Positions 1 through 13,788 of a stretch of DNA of 64,000 nucleotides are shown here, one piece after another. How positions within the stretch are numbered: the first letter of the stretch is position 1; each line of letters opens with the position of its first letter. The translations under genes and the position numbers were made by a program. The notes beneath the pieces are model-generated. The model worked only from the letters and a program-made list of their open reading frames with translations. It was not told the DNA's origin and ran no database searches. Origin of the DNA: the human T2T-CHM13v2.0 reference genome, Homo sapiens; the NCBI RefSeq assembly GCF_009914755.1, contig NC_060934.1, one strand, 5' to 3'.

Positions 1-223
1 ACCATCCTTGCTAACATGGTGAAGCCTCGTCTGTACTAAAAATACCAAAAAAAAAAATTAGCCGGGTGTGGTGGCGGGTGCCTGTAGTCCTAGCTACTCA
101 GGAGGCTGAGGCAGGAGAATGGCGTGAACCCAGGAGACGGAGCTTGCAGTGAGCCGAGATCGCGCCACTGCACTACAGCCTGGGCGACAGAGCGAGACTC
201 CACCTCAAAAAAAAAAAAAAAAA
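1..223 (+). mobile_element. AluY-like element, cut by the window edge
   Basis: Diagnostic ggagaatggcgtgaacc and gagcttgcagtgagccgagatcgcgcc; A tail. Confidence 0.9.
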
Positions 224-659
224 ACACAAAACCTGACGCTGGGGACCCAATCTCGTCCACCTGAGGTGACGGGCTTGGCTCAGTGGTTGGTCATCAAGAC
301 CCCTTCAATGCTCCAAGTCTGATCCATTATCTCGGTTTTGCAGCTTTCCGGAACAACTCAGAGTAGAGAAGCAGATAAACCTGTGTGCAGTCACAGCCCT
401 GCATAAGGGCAGGGGAGGACCCAAAATCCCAGTCACCTGGTCCCGTGGACAGCGTCTGTCTCCCCCAAGAAAAGTCCACATAAGGGGGGTGCTGAAGTTG
501 GCATCAGGAGACCTGGGGAAGAGATGGGAAAGTGTGGCTCCCTGGCAAGCACAGCGCTGCCAAACGACCTGGGACACAGCAAGACGAGAGCCACCCCTCT
601 CCATCCACACAGGATGCGCCCATCTTGGTGTTTCTGCCCCATAAGAAAAGAGTCGTGTG

Positions 660-2570
660 AACACAGGGATGCACTTTATTCCGCCACTTTTATTGAGCAA
701 CAGCCGTGGGGACCTGATTCTGCACTAAGTGCTCTACTGTGAGACATCACAGGTTGTCATTGCTAGAGGCAAGAATCTCTTACAAAGATGAAAGGGCAGA
801 ACCCAGTGCTTTTTTTAATGGTTGTTATTCCATGCAGAAACACTGACTGATCCAGAACTGGTAACTAAGGCGGTGATCAAACAGGAATGCTTTTCTTCTC
901 AGTTTAGGACGAAGACCCGCCATGACAATGGCGGGAACGCTGGAGTAAAACCTCACGGCGGCCAGCATGAAGTTTTTCGCCAGATTTGTGGCCCCACCCC
1001 CAAGTACCCACGCGGAGAGGCCTCCAGTCATACAGCACAAAGGGCATCGCCTTGGGCAGCTCAGGCTCACTCTGTTCCACACTGTCTGCGGTGGGAGGCT
1101 CGGGCCGGCCTGGGTGCATCCAGTGAGTACCACGTTCCCTTTTCCCGGCACACTGTCTCCAGGACAGGCGTGACCTGTTCTCCAGAACGGGTAGAGATGG
1201 GGTTTCATCAAGTTGGCCAGGCTGGTTTCGAACTCCTGACCTCAGATGCCCCAGAAACCACTCATCCCTGAACTAATCATGCAAAGTCCTCCAGTTTAAC
1301 TCCCTGTTGTGGGCGGGGTTCTTAAAATTTATGAAGGCAAAGACTCCTAGGCCGGCCCATGCAGTCTGAATACGCTACCGAATGCTCCACCTATGGCTTA
1401 TAATGCAGAACGACCTGTTTCTATCACTGCAGGACGGGATTGCAAGATTTTCTTATCCTGCCTTGGCTGCAGAGTCCCATTCCCGTCCAACTCAAAGCAC
1501 TGGGACAATGCTGGATGTGATAGATGGTCCATGAGTATCCGCAAAACTAAATAATAAGTGGGCGATGGTGCCCCCTGGGTGCGGGCAGCCTCTCTTACTA
1601 ATTTGATAGCTTCAAGGAGTTAGCAAACTGTAGGGTGGGTGAAGAATTCATTTGACAACCATAGAAACAGATGAAAAACAATTCCCACAGAGTCTCCAAA
1701 CAGGCCTTTGCACTGAGAATGCCGAGCCACGAGAATATACACCTTGACACACCTTCACACTGCTGTCGGTTTGAATGGCTCATTACCAAAACCTTAGTGG
1801 TACCGCCTACGTGTCCTCTAAAAGGTTTTTATCCTACATATAAACTTTTTACAAGAGTTGGAGACCTAATACTGAAGACAAATTTCCTAAGAAACTCAGT
1901 GCTACTTGTGGGGAATACAAAGCCAGGGCCTTCCCCCACAAAGACCCATAGAAAGTCCCTGAGTGACAGATGCGTGCAGGCTTGGGGCTGGGGGATGCCT
2001 TGGAAAGTGCTCCAGGAAAAGCATCCACACAGCAGCCAGCAGAGCAGCAGTCCCAGGCCACATCCCAGGCCGACCTTCCGTGGGCCCAGCCATTCCCTAT
2101 GAGCACCGAGGGCAGTCCTGGTGCCGACCCGGAGGTGGTGGCCTGCACCTGGGGCCTGTGCATCTGCGGCAGGCTGCCCCGGTGAGTGAGAATCAGCAAC
2201 AATGCCCTCAGTCCCCAGCTCTGCCAGCCTCCTCTGTGCTCCCCACGCCGTCTGTCCTGAGAGTGCCTTTGAGGATGGTCCGTAAACGAGGAAAACTGGA
2301 TGGTTGGGCCCATGCCCATTGAGAGGGTAGGTTCTGTAGAACAGCGCAGGGCCACACCCACAACTGTGACCTGAGACGCAGGCCTTCCCAACACCCTGGA
2401 AACATTATCCAGGATCCAGGAGAGAAGCCTAAACAGGATCGCAGGAAGGGACTCGAAGGAGCGTTGTTCTATCTACAGCAATCACGCTGCTTCAGAGGAA
2501 CAGGCAGAGCCCTCACCCGGGCAATGCTGGGCACAACGGGGGCAGTCACGGTCCGGACCCCACCTGCAAT
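660..2570 (-). other. ASB13: ASB13 3'UTR (~1.9 kb)
   Basis: Lies between the stop codon and the tandem poly(A) signals; the exact cleavage site is inferred. Confidence 0.8.
675..694 (-). terminator. Tandem AATAAA polyadenylation signals of ASB13
   Basis: TTTATT at 675-680 and 689-694 on +; GU/U-rich sequence follows on the minus strand (ctgtgttc...tcttttctt). Confidence 0.85.
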
Positions 2571-2698
2571 TCAGTTGTAGGAGAGGTAATCAATGAGCCG
2601 GGGCGGGATGTTTAACTTGGCAATCTTCTCCAGCCCTCGGACGCCAGTGGCCTTCCTCAAGTTCACCCTGCAGAGCTGTGACAGAGTCAGAGGTGTCT
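2571..2698 (-). CDS. ASB13: ASB13 exon 6 coding part (128 nt; SOCS box TPLTLSQLCRVNLRK...LNIPPRLIDYLSYN*)
   Basis: Acceptor tttttcAG|AG; BC-box motif LSQLCR and Cul5-box-like IPPRL; TGA at 2573-2571. Exon lengths 43+188+151+135+192+128 sum to 837 nt = 278 aa plus stop. Confidence 0.96.
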
Positions 2699-2944
2699 CT
2701 GAAAAAGGGAGCAAGGAAGGATGTGAGGTTAATTTCAGGAAGAAGCACAACACCTGCAACCGAACACAAACTCAGAGGGAATCGGAAACGCCTCCCTTTC
2801 CCCTGGAACCGGGATGTGTCCTGTAGGCCTTCTCTGGAAGGACAGCCAGGAACCCGAGGAAGGGAGCCCAGGAAATGAAGTTCGGGGCATGATGTCCACT
2901 GGGATTGCCTTTTGTGGGCTTTGGGAGTTTGTTTGGTTTTGAGG

Positions 2945-3265
<321 letters not shown>

Positions 3266-3637
3266 TTTCAAAACCATGGTTTTGGTTTTTTGAGACACGG
3301 CATTATATTTCAGCACCCAAACTTGTCATCAAACAACTAATCTGCAGCTAGGAGGCTCATCTGTCAAATGTCCAGCACAGGAGGCACAGGTCTGGTGCCC
3401 GGGCAGGTGTCGGCCACAGCTTCTGCTGCTCCACGCCACGGGCCACAGGGAACCCAGGGAGAGCTGGGGCAACAGCACAAACAGCCCCCGCAAAGTGCTT
3501 AAGGGTCTGTCCTAGCGCAGAGGACAGGAGCCAGGACTAACAGCCCAGCTCTCCGCGGAAGCCCACAGGGAGCCGGCACGTCAGGGGTCCAGGCTGAAGG
3601 CTGGAGGGGATGGGGTGCGCTCGGTGGGGTGTCTCAC

Positions 3638-3829
3638 TTTCGTAGTACTCGAAGCACTTGGCGGGAGCGCTGCTGCTCCACGTGTAGTCAGACGGCTTCT
3701 TCCCGCGGTTGTCCCGGGCGTAGATGTTGCCGCCAAACTCGATAAGCATCTCGATGAGGTCAACATTCTTGACCTTGGCCGCGTGGTGAAGGGCAGTCTC
3801 ATGAAGCTTTGCCGCATTCACGTTGGCCC
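3638..3829 (-). CDS. ASB13: ASB13 exon 5 (192 nt; ANVNAAKLHETALHHAAK...KCFEYYE)
   Basis: Acceptor ctccAG|GG; donor A|GTGAGA; ankyrin motif in ORF 3537..3821. Confidence 0.96.
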
Positions 3830-4500
3830 CTGGAGGTCAAGAGTGCAGAAGAGATTTCACCAAGAAGAGAACTTGAAGTCAGGGGGACAATCAGGTCCGT
3901 TTCGTCACACAGCACGGTGGCAGAAGCAATCCCCACCCAGAAGACAAAATCAGGACAGACTCTACCGTAGCTTTCAAAAATGTTTTTCAACATCCAAAAG
4001 CAGGAACTACTTACTGTCCCCACTCATGAGAGATAAAGGTAGGCAGCAATAATAAAGAAATAACTAGAAATAGAACCGAAAAGAAGAAAAATAAAACGAA
4101 AAATGTCCTGAGTTAAACAACCGTTCTAATGCCCTATCAATCTGCCTTCAGGGGTCCTGAGATTTCCGGAAGCTCAAACCAGAGCCACTCAAGCACTCCC
4201 GCCTGGCCTCCAGCACAGACACACACTGCTTCTTCCTCTTGCGGGCGCAGGACGGAGGCTCCAGAAATACTGGTTGAATGAAAGAATAAATGTTCCTTAA
4301 CAATGCATATTCTTTTACAAAAGGAAAACAGATAACGTACCCAAAACAGTAGGCAATTCAGAGAAGAGAGTAAGCTCTGCACTCCTCAACTTTCTCACGA
4401 TAAGAGCAGACATTCATCAAGCTGATTAAAAGTAAAGGTAAAAAAAAATTTTTTTTTAAAAAAAAGAGCAGACATTCAGAAAGATGCAAGGAATTAGTAG

Positions 4501-4839
<339 letters not shown>

Positions 4840-6079
4840 TAGGGCACAGCCATCACTGATCCGATACAATGGAATCCCCCAGGGCTTCAGAATTCTTTTG
4901 AAAGAAAATGCCATTTTATTCGAAGTCTGTTCCTCAAGTAACAAAGGAGGTTATAAGAGAAAACAAATAAAAGAGAAGTGTTTTAAAGAAGCCAAGCAAA
5001 TCGCCCAGCATCAGTAAAATAATTCGCCAAATGATAGATTCAAACCACAAACATAAAGTATTATCAAAAGTGGGATTTTAAAACAATCAGACACTAGCAT
5101 GCCATCACTTCCCGACAGTCTCAGAGGGTCAAAAGAGGAGCTGAGAGGTGGAACGCTTTTACATTTTCTAGTTCCTCTAGCTCAAAAAGCATCGGAAAAA
5201 TCCCGTTTTCTGCTTTAAAATATTTTAATCCCCTAAAAGCACATAAGAACCATGCTCATAACAGCATTCGTGGAGGGATCCTAAGAACGCCCCAGCCCTC
5301 CAAAGTGATGACATAATTTAAGAAAGTTCTTTCCACTTCCCGCAGCCAAAACTCAGAAGTCAGAACAGGAAAAGGATCTCTCAACTAGGAAAAATGCTAA
5401 CTTATCTATGTCCTGAATTTGGCAGAAATGTACTACAAAAAAATAATATTCAAAAGCAATAGATTAAAGAAATATTTCCCCACAATTCAACCTCTCTTTC
5501 ACATAAGGGGTTTTCCTCCAGTATAATGTTGCAATCATAACACGAAGTAAATTTTAACACTAAACATATGCTTGTAATGAAAAACAAATTGTACCATCCA
5601 CAGAATCTAAAGTTCAAGTAGCTTTCTCTCATGTCATTAATTCTGGCAATATTCTTGCCAATTGGGAGAGAAAGAGATGGTCTCTATTTTAACAAAAGAA
5701 GAAAAACAGAGAAAGAGGCCCAAGGGAGGCACAGCTACTCTCTCACGATCAGGGAGAAAACCATGGCTGGAAAGAGCTCTAAAAATCACGCTCCCTGCCA
5801 CGCTCCACAGACGAGGCCTTGGCCAGGGGCTCTTGCAGGGAGGCAGCCTTCCCAATGTACATCTTTTCAAAATGTGTGTTTGGCATCATTTGATTGGGTG
5901 GAAGGGAAGGAAGGTGAATAAGGAAGGAAATGAAATTGTGAATAAGGGATTGAAGGGAAACACCAGGCCAGGGGTGCAGGCAGCTACATGGATGGATCCT
6001 GAAAGTATAGCACTGAGTGAGCCAAGAAGAGAGTCAGAGATGAAACTCGATCAGCTATGTTCATTAAAAATATATGCTT

Positions 6080-6912
<833 letters not shown>

Positions 6913-9829
6913 TCAGAGAAAAGGGGTCAACACAGGCTCATTACCAAAATCCTGCTTTCAACACAAAATAGGATTAAAGTGGATTCAGAGAACCCGTGGC
7001 CAGTGACGTGACGGGACCGCCTAAGACCTTAGCACGCCAAGACTGGCACAATCCTGGAACATAAACACAAATAGCTCAATAGGTGCTTGTTACCACAAGA
7101 GAAATTGAAAAAAAAAATTAAATTTAAAAAATTATAATTAAAAAATTTTTTAAAAATTAAACAACTATTTTAAAAAAATTTTTTAAATTGTGCCAGGGCC
7201 AGTGCTAAGAACAAAGGTGGAAGCAGGACCGTCCTCAGGGAGCCGCTTCCGAACACTCCTGGCAGAGTTCAACATTCACTGTCAGTGATCAGATTAAAAA
7301 TTACTTCACCATCATAACCGGACTTTCACCCTCCCCAGCCCTCCTCCTTTGCAAATACAATCTGGTTCCTGGACTCGCCTCACTGCCTACAAAGAACAAG
7401 AACAACGGTCTCCACGTCCCCCGTGGGGTGCAACGTGGCTCTGCCTCACAGCTCAGCTCTCAAACCGCACACGAAAGCACCTGCACTCATGTGGGCCCCG
7501 ACTGGTTCAATCCCTCTCCCCTCTCCACAGTAACTGGTTCAAATGATCCAGGCTTGAGCCGATCAGAATTTGGCAAAGTTTGGGCAAAGGGACTGGGGAG
7601 GGGTGCAGGAAAAGGGACTTTCCACTCTTCTGTTTTTCTAGAGACACGGTCCCTGGCTTTCCTTTGGTTTCCCGAGGGATCTGTGACCTGACCCCAAAAG
7701 ATCAGAATCACTACTTTTTAAAAATCTGTTTGTGAGGACGTAGGGGATGCTGTTGTTTCTCTCTCCTCTGTATGTTTGAAATTTTCCGCAATGAAAAAAT
7801 GGTTTCTAAGAAGAAGATGATGATCCATCTGCTCTCACAAGGGGTACTAGAGGAGACCACCCAAGAGTAGGATGGGAACCAGGAATCCCGCGTGGAGCTG
7901 ATGGCTGGATGCTACCCACAGCATCGAGCCAACACCAACAGTCACTGTGCGGAGGCTTCCCCAAGAAAGCCACGTTCACCTCTAACTCCTCAGGGGCATG
8001 CAAACTCCCGGGGAGAGCTGTGGGAACCCCGCTTTAGGGCGACGGTGGGCCTCACAGCTGCCCCTTCCTTTCCAGCCCCCACCCCCGACTGTGCTGCCAC
8101 CTGGTAATGTGGTGGGGGCGGGAGCAGACCTGACTTCAGCTCCAGCGTGGGTCCCGCCTAGTCCAATCCCTCTCCCCTGACCACAGTAATTAGTTCTAAT
8201 GACCCAGGCTTCAGCCCATCAGAATTTGGCAAAGTTTGGGCAAAGGGACTGGGGAGGGGTGTGTGAAAAGGGATTTTCCACTCCGCTGAAAGAGCCTCCA
8301 GAAGGCTTAAAACAGGAAACGTCTGGCGTGTAGGCCTGAAGCCACTGCAGCCCCGTGACCTTGCTCAGGCAGGCCGGAGGCTTAGGATGAAGCCAATACT
8401 GAGGAAAGCAGAATCGCAACGTTCAAAGAAACTGAGGCCTGGGTGACACCACGGAACCTCCGGTCCAGCCGCCCCTAATCCTGCTCTGCGTCTCAGCCCT
8501 GAAGTCACCTGAACTAGAAATGCCCGCCATTGTTTACCAGTGGAAGTGGCTTCCTGTTACTCGCAAAGGTGTCCAACTGACATGAAGTCCTAACTGATAC
8601 AGAAAGGATGTTTGCTTTAAACACTAAGTTGATCCCTTTCCCTACAACCACACCAAACAGAACGAAGGTAAAAATGGAACTCGTGTGTACTGAGCTCATA
8701 AAGGCTTGATATGAACGCACTGCGCTGTGTTCATAGAAACGGATCCAGCTGCCAGAGGAACGGCTCGGCTGGAAACGCTTACACCTGCTTCCAATGGAGA
8801 TACTTCTAAGACAGTGTATAAAAAAATTAAAAGTACCTCAACAACTATTCCTACACAAAACGAATCTTTTCCACTAAAAAGACTGAAAAGTGGCACATGA
8901 AAGTGAGTAAGATTCTCCAATAAAAAACTACACATAACTAAGCTCAAATGGCTGTCATCAGGGGGAATTCATGATCTTCCTGTTCCTGAACAGGTTTGTT
9001 CTTGTTGTTAAGAGAAGGGGACTTGCTATGTTTCCCAGGCTGGCTGAAACTCCCGGGCTCAAGCAATCCTCCCGCCTCAGCCTCCCAAAGTGCTGAGACT
9101 ATGGCTGTGAGCCACAGTGCCCAGCCATCCTAAACAGTTTTGTTTTTATCCTACACTACACCCAGAATTTGGATAAGATGATGAAACTAAAATTTTCCCT
9201 CAACAAAACATTTAAGTTGGGTTGATAAAAACCCTGTGCTAACAGTCACTTTGGCTAAAACTTTTGGTATAGACAGGTCCTGAGCCTAATCCTCGATTGG
9301 TTGGTCTTTTTGGTTTTGATTTTTTTCCCTCTTTGGGAATCTCAATCCTGAGTCTTTTCGAACACCCGACAATGGCCTGGATTCCAAATGCTCCATATTC
9401 TCCTAAACGCTGCCAACTCCACTTCCCATTACATCCCCTTCTCTCTTGGATTCAGGCAGCAACCTCACCAGGCAGCTGTGGGCACAGTGGCCTGTGATCT
9501 CTAGAAATAATCATTGGCATCTGTTGAGTACCTACTAGGACACACCAGGCACCGGGGAAACATCCTCAGTTCTCCCAGCAACCTGCAGCATAGATTCTTC
9601 CAGTGTTACAGATATGTAAACTGAGGCCCGAGGTCTCAGCTGGCAAGTAAGAGAGCCAGCCTCCAACCCTGGTCCCTCTGACTCCTCTACCCAGCTCTCT
9701 GCTAGGCACAGTAAATACCTGTTCAGGTAAATGCTCGTGCAAGTAAACACCTGCTCAGGTGAACAGCCTTGCAAGTATATACCCATTCAGGCAAACTTCT
9801 CAGATAAATCCATAAATACACACTCTGCA

Positions 9830-10740
9830 GGCAAACACCCACTCAGGCAAACACCCACTCAGGCAAACACCCACTCAGGTAAACACCTACTCAGGCAAAC
9901 ACCCACTCAGGTAAACACCCACGCAGGCAAACACCCACGCAGGCAAACACCCACTCAGGTAAACACCCACACAGGTAAACACCCACTCAGGTAAACAACC
10001 ACGCGGGTAAACACCCACGGGGGTAAACACCCACTCAGGTAAACACCCACGCAGGCAAACACCCACTCAGGTAAACACCCACGCAGGCAAACACCCACTC
10101 AGGTAAACACCCACTCAGGTAAACACCCACGTGGGCAAACACCCACTCAGGTAAACACCCACTCAGGCAAACACCCCCTCGGGTAAACACCCACTCAGGC
10201 AAACACCCACTCAGGTAAACACCCACGCAGGCAAACACCCACTCGGGCAAACACCCACTCGGGCAAACACCCACGCGGGCAAACACCCACTCGGGTAAAC
10301 ACCCACGCGGGCAAACACCCACTCAGGTAAACACCCACTCAGGTAAACACCCACGCAGGCAAACACCCCCTCGGGTAAACACCCACGGGGGTAAACAACC
10401 ACGCAGGTAAACACCCACGCGGGCAAACACCCACTCGGGCAAACACCCCCTCGGGTAAACACCCACGCGGGCAAACACCCCCGGGGGTAAACACCCACGC
10501 AGGTAAACACCCACACGGGCAAACACCCACTCAGGCAAAAACCCACTGGGGTAAACACCCACGCGGGCAAACACCCACTCCGGTAAACACCCACGCGGGC
10601 AAACATCCACTCCGGTAAACACCCACTCGGGTAAACACCCACTCGGGCAAACACCCACTTGGGCAAACACCCACGCAGGTAAACACCCGCTCGGGCAAAC
10701 ACCCACTCAGGTAAACACCCGCTCGGGCAAACACCCACTC
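9830..10740. repeat. 16-bp minisatellite/VNTR (consensus AAACACCCACTCAGGY), about 57 copies
   Basis: The tandem units are directly visible; degenerate units extend to about 9710. Confidence 0.97.
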
Positions 10741-10742
10741 AC

Positions 10743-10877
10743 CTGCATTGAGCAGCACTTTGACACAGTCCAGATGCTCCCGGGCACAGGCAACGTGCAG
10801 AGGGGTCCCAAAATGGCAATCGTGCGCTTCCAGATTGGCCCCGACGTCAATAAGAAGCCTCACACATTCGGAACTCC
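10743..10877 (-). CDS. ASB13: ASB13 exon 4 (135 nt; SSECVRLLIDVGAN...TPLHVACAREHLDCVKVLLNA)
   Basis: Acceptor cttaAG|GG; donor CAG|GTGAGT; ankyrin motif in ORF 10531..10863. Confidence 0.96.
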
Positions 10878-11224
10878 CTTAAGATAAATGGAAAAGGGGG
10901 GGAATGTCCTTGAATACGGACACTGGAGACAACAAGCACACAGACGCGGCAGGGGCAGCAGCCTCCATCCTTGGTGCAGGGCAGGGAAGCCAGGCAGGCC
11001 TGCGTCCCAACCTAGGGAGGAGTTCATGACCCGCATGGCCCTCAGGAAGCCAGGACACGGCTCTGCGCCCCGCTGAGGACGGAGGGCTCAAGGCAGTGGG
11101 AGAAATGGGCCTGGCCGGCTTCTTGCTGTGAGAACAGAAGACATGGGGCACCACCTAGAATGGGTCAGGGAAAACTCCCCCGCTGCCCTCCTGCCCTGTG
11201 TCTACCTGCGGCTGTCAGCACTGA

Positions 11225-11632
<408 letters not shown>

Positions 11633-12979
11633 TAATGCGGATTTGGAGCGGGGTTCCAGGCCCCCGATCCTCCCGCCCCTGCACATTCCGTCTAGGCTCC
11701 AACCTTTCCGTTCACTCAATTACCTCTTCACTGTTGGCAGCTCCCTAATTTTCCCCACCAGCCTCACACCCAGCCCCAGCCCCAGAGCCATGTGCTGGCC
11801 ACCGGCCGGTGTCTCCCACTCTAGAGCCCTCTCCCTTTCCTGGGGTCCTTGCTCCTGACTCAAACCTGACTCATTTCTGACCTCTTGAGCCTCCCCTTCA
11901 TACGAAATCCTATGGATTCCTTCCCCAACCCTACTAAATGAAACCATCCCACTCCACCAGCCTACTCTGAGCACTGGGCACCTTGATCTCAGCGATGGTC
12001 CCCAACTCATCCCTCTGCTTCCAGGAGACCCCAGCCACCACTGCACCTCCGTCTATCTGCACATGGAGGACCACTAAATGAACCTTCCCCAAATTCTGTT
12101 TTCCTGACCCTCGACATCTGCTCAGAAACCTTCAAGAGCTCCCTGGAGCTGTCCCATGGCCTGCAGACATGGAAAGACCTACGAGCAGGAATCAGGGGTG
12201 AGCCACATGCAGCCATGGCCCTGCCAGCACCGTGGAAGGGCACATACCCCATACCCTGCACCCCAGATGTGCATCCAAAGACAAAGGCCATGCTGGCCGG
12301 TCAAGATATAAGCCACAGTTTGCAACCTCTGCTCGAAAGAGTAGAATCTAAACTCCTTAGTCTGTCATTTAAACATCTTCCCACCAGCTGGTCTCACCCT
12401 AAATTCCAGTCCTCTCTGCTCCACTGGGAGCTTCTGATGCAGTAAGATAGGACAAGGAATGTTCCCCATGCTCGGGGTGCCCTTTTATCTTCCCAGCATC
12501 TGCAGTCTGCCTATTCTTGGGGGGCAGATGAGGTCCCACCTGCTCCCTGAGCCTGCAGGACCAGCACTGTTTTGAGAGCACCACGCACAGCCTCCTGGCC
12601 CAGGCTGTTGGGACACGTTTCTCTGTCGTCTCCCATCTCAATCAGGGGCCTGCAGAGCAAACTGTAGCAAAGCCCAAGTGAGCCTCTGCAGAGTCCCCCA
12701 GGCCCTGCTAACGTGGAGAGGCCCAGGGAACCCTGGCTTGGACACAGAATCCTACCCTAGAGTCACCCACCCCAGCCCTGGACGAAGACCTCAAGAAGGG
12801 AAAGCTTAGAATCTCTGCAGCTGAGCCACCAGGAGCCAGAAACAGACTCAGAACTCTCCTTCACCAGCCAAGGGCTCCCAATTCTGTCTACTCTGCTTCC
12901 TTCCCTAAGTCCCTTTAATCCCAGAAAGGAGGAAACTTCCAGAGCCCAGCTGGGCCAGCCCAGCCGTCTGCCAACTCAC

Positions 12980-13130
12980 CGCTCATGCAGGCCTCGTGCA
13001 GGGGGGACGCTGTGTACAGGGGAGGGTTGACCTTGGCCCCGTAGGACAGCAAGAGCTTCACACACTCGATGCTGCCCGAGGCGCAGGCATCGCAGAGCGG
13101 GGTGCTGCCGTCGATGTTGCGAGCATCCAC
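12980..13130 (-). CDS. ASB13: ASB13 exon 3 (151 nt; VDARNIDGSTPLCDAC...SPLHEACMS)
   Basis: Pyrimidine tract then gtgAG|GTG acceptor; donor G|GTGAGT; ankyrin motifs in ORF 12915..13235; frame is continuous with exons 2 and 4. Confidence 0.96.
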
Positions 13131-13488
13131 CTCACGGGAGGAAGAAACAAGTGTCAAAGGGCAGAGAAATGCCACGCAACCCGCTTTCCCATCCTGCTGC
13201 AGGTTCATCTTTGCTAAGATGCTTCTTAGAAGCACCGGTTTGCTTTGCTATTATGTGCTAGGCAACGACACTGAAAGAGATAGCACGTGGCTGCGGAGCA
13301 CCGACGGCCTCCTGAGTAGAGAAGTCATCTCGTTCAGGATTCTTTTCTCTCAGGGCAGGATAAGCTCAGCAGCCCCCTCGCCACCCCCGCCCCAAACACC
13401 TAGTAAGCACAGAGCAGGACAGGGGAACCCTAGGCTGCAAGCTGGGAAAGGCAGGCTTTAAAAATGAGTTTTAAAAACCCTAACCTCA

Positions 13489-13788
13489 GCTGGGCACAGT
13501 GGCTCACACCTGTAACCCCAGCACTTCGGAAGTCGAGGAGGGAGGGTCACTTGAGCTCAGGAGTTCAAGACCAGCCTGGGCAACATGGCGAAACCCTGTC
13601 TCTACAAAAAATACAAAAATTAGCTGGGTTTGGTGGCATGCACCTATAGTCCCAGCTACCCAGGAGGCTGAGGTGGAAGGATCACTTGAGTCAAGGAGGA
13701 TGAGGTTGCAGTGAGCTATGATCACGCCACTGCATTCCAGCCTAGGCGACAGAGAAAGACCTTATCTCAAAAAAAAAAAAAAAAAAAA

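Noticed and set aside
3269-3282. 14-bp palindrome aaaaccatggtttt just beyond the intron-5 Alu as part of the templated event
   Set aside because: It is short and low-complexity, and cannot be distinguished from chance without orthologues.
7105-7190. AT-only quasi-palindromic stretch
   Set aside because: Low-complexity sequence with no long perfect inverted repeat.
9731-10738. Several overlapping repetitive ORFs (GCLPEWVF..., QTPTQ...) as stand-alone genes or a CRISPR-like array
   Set aside because: They are translations of the 16-bp minisatellite; there are no unique spacers and the context is eukaryotic.
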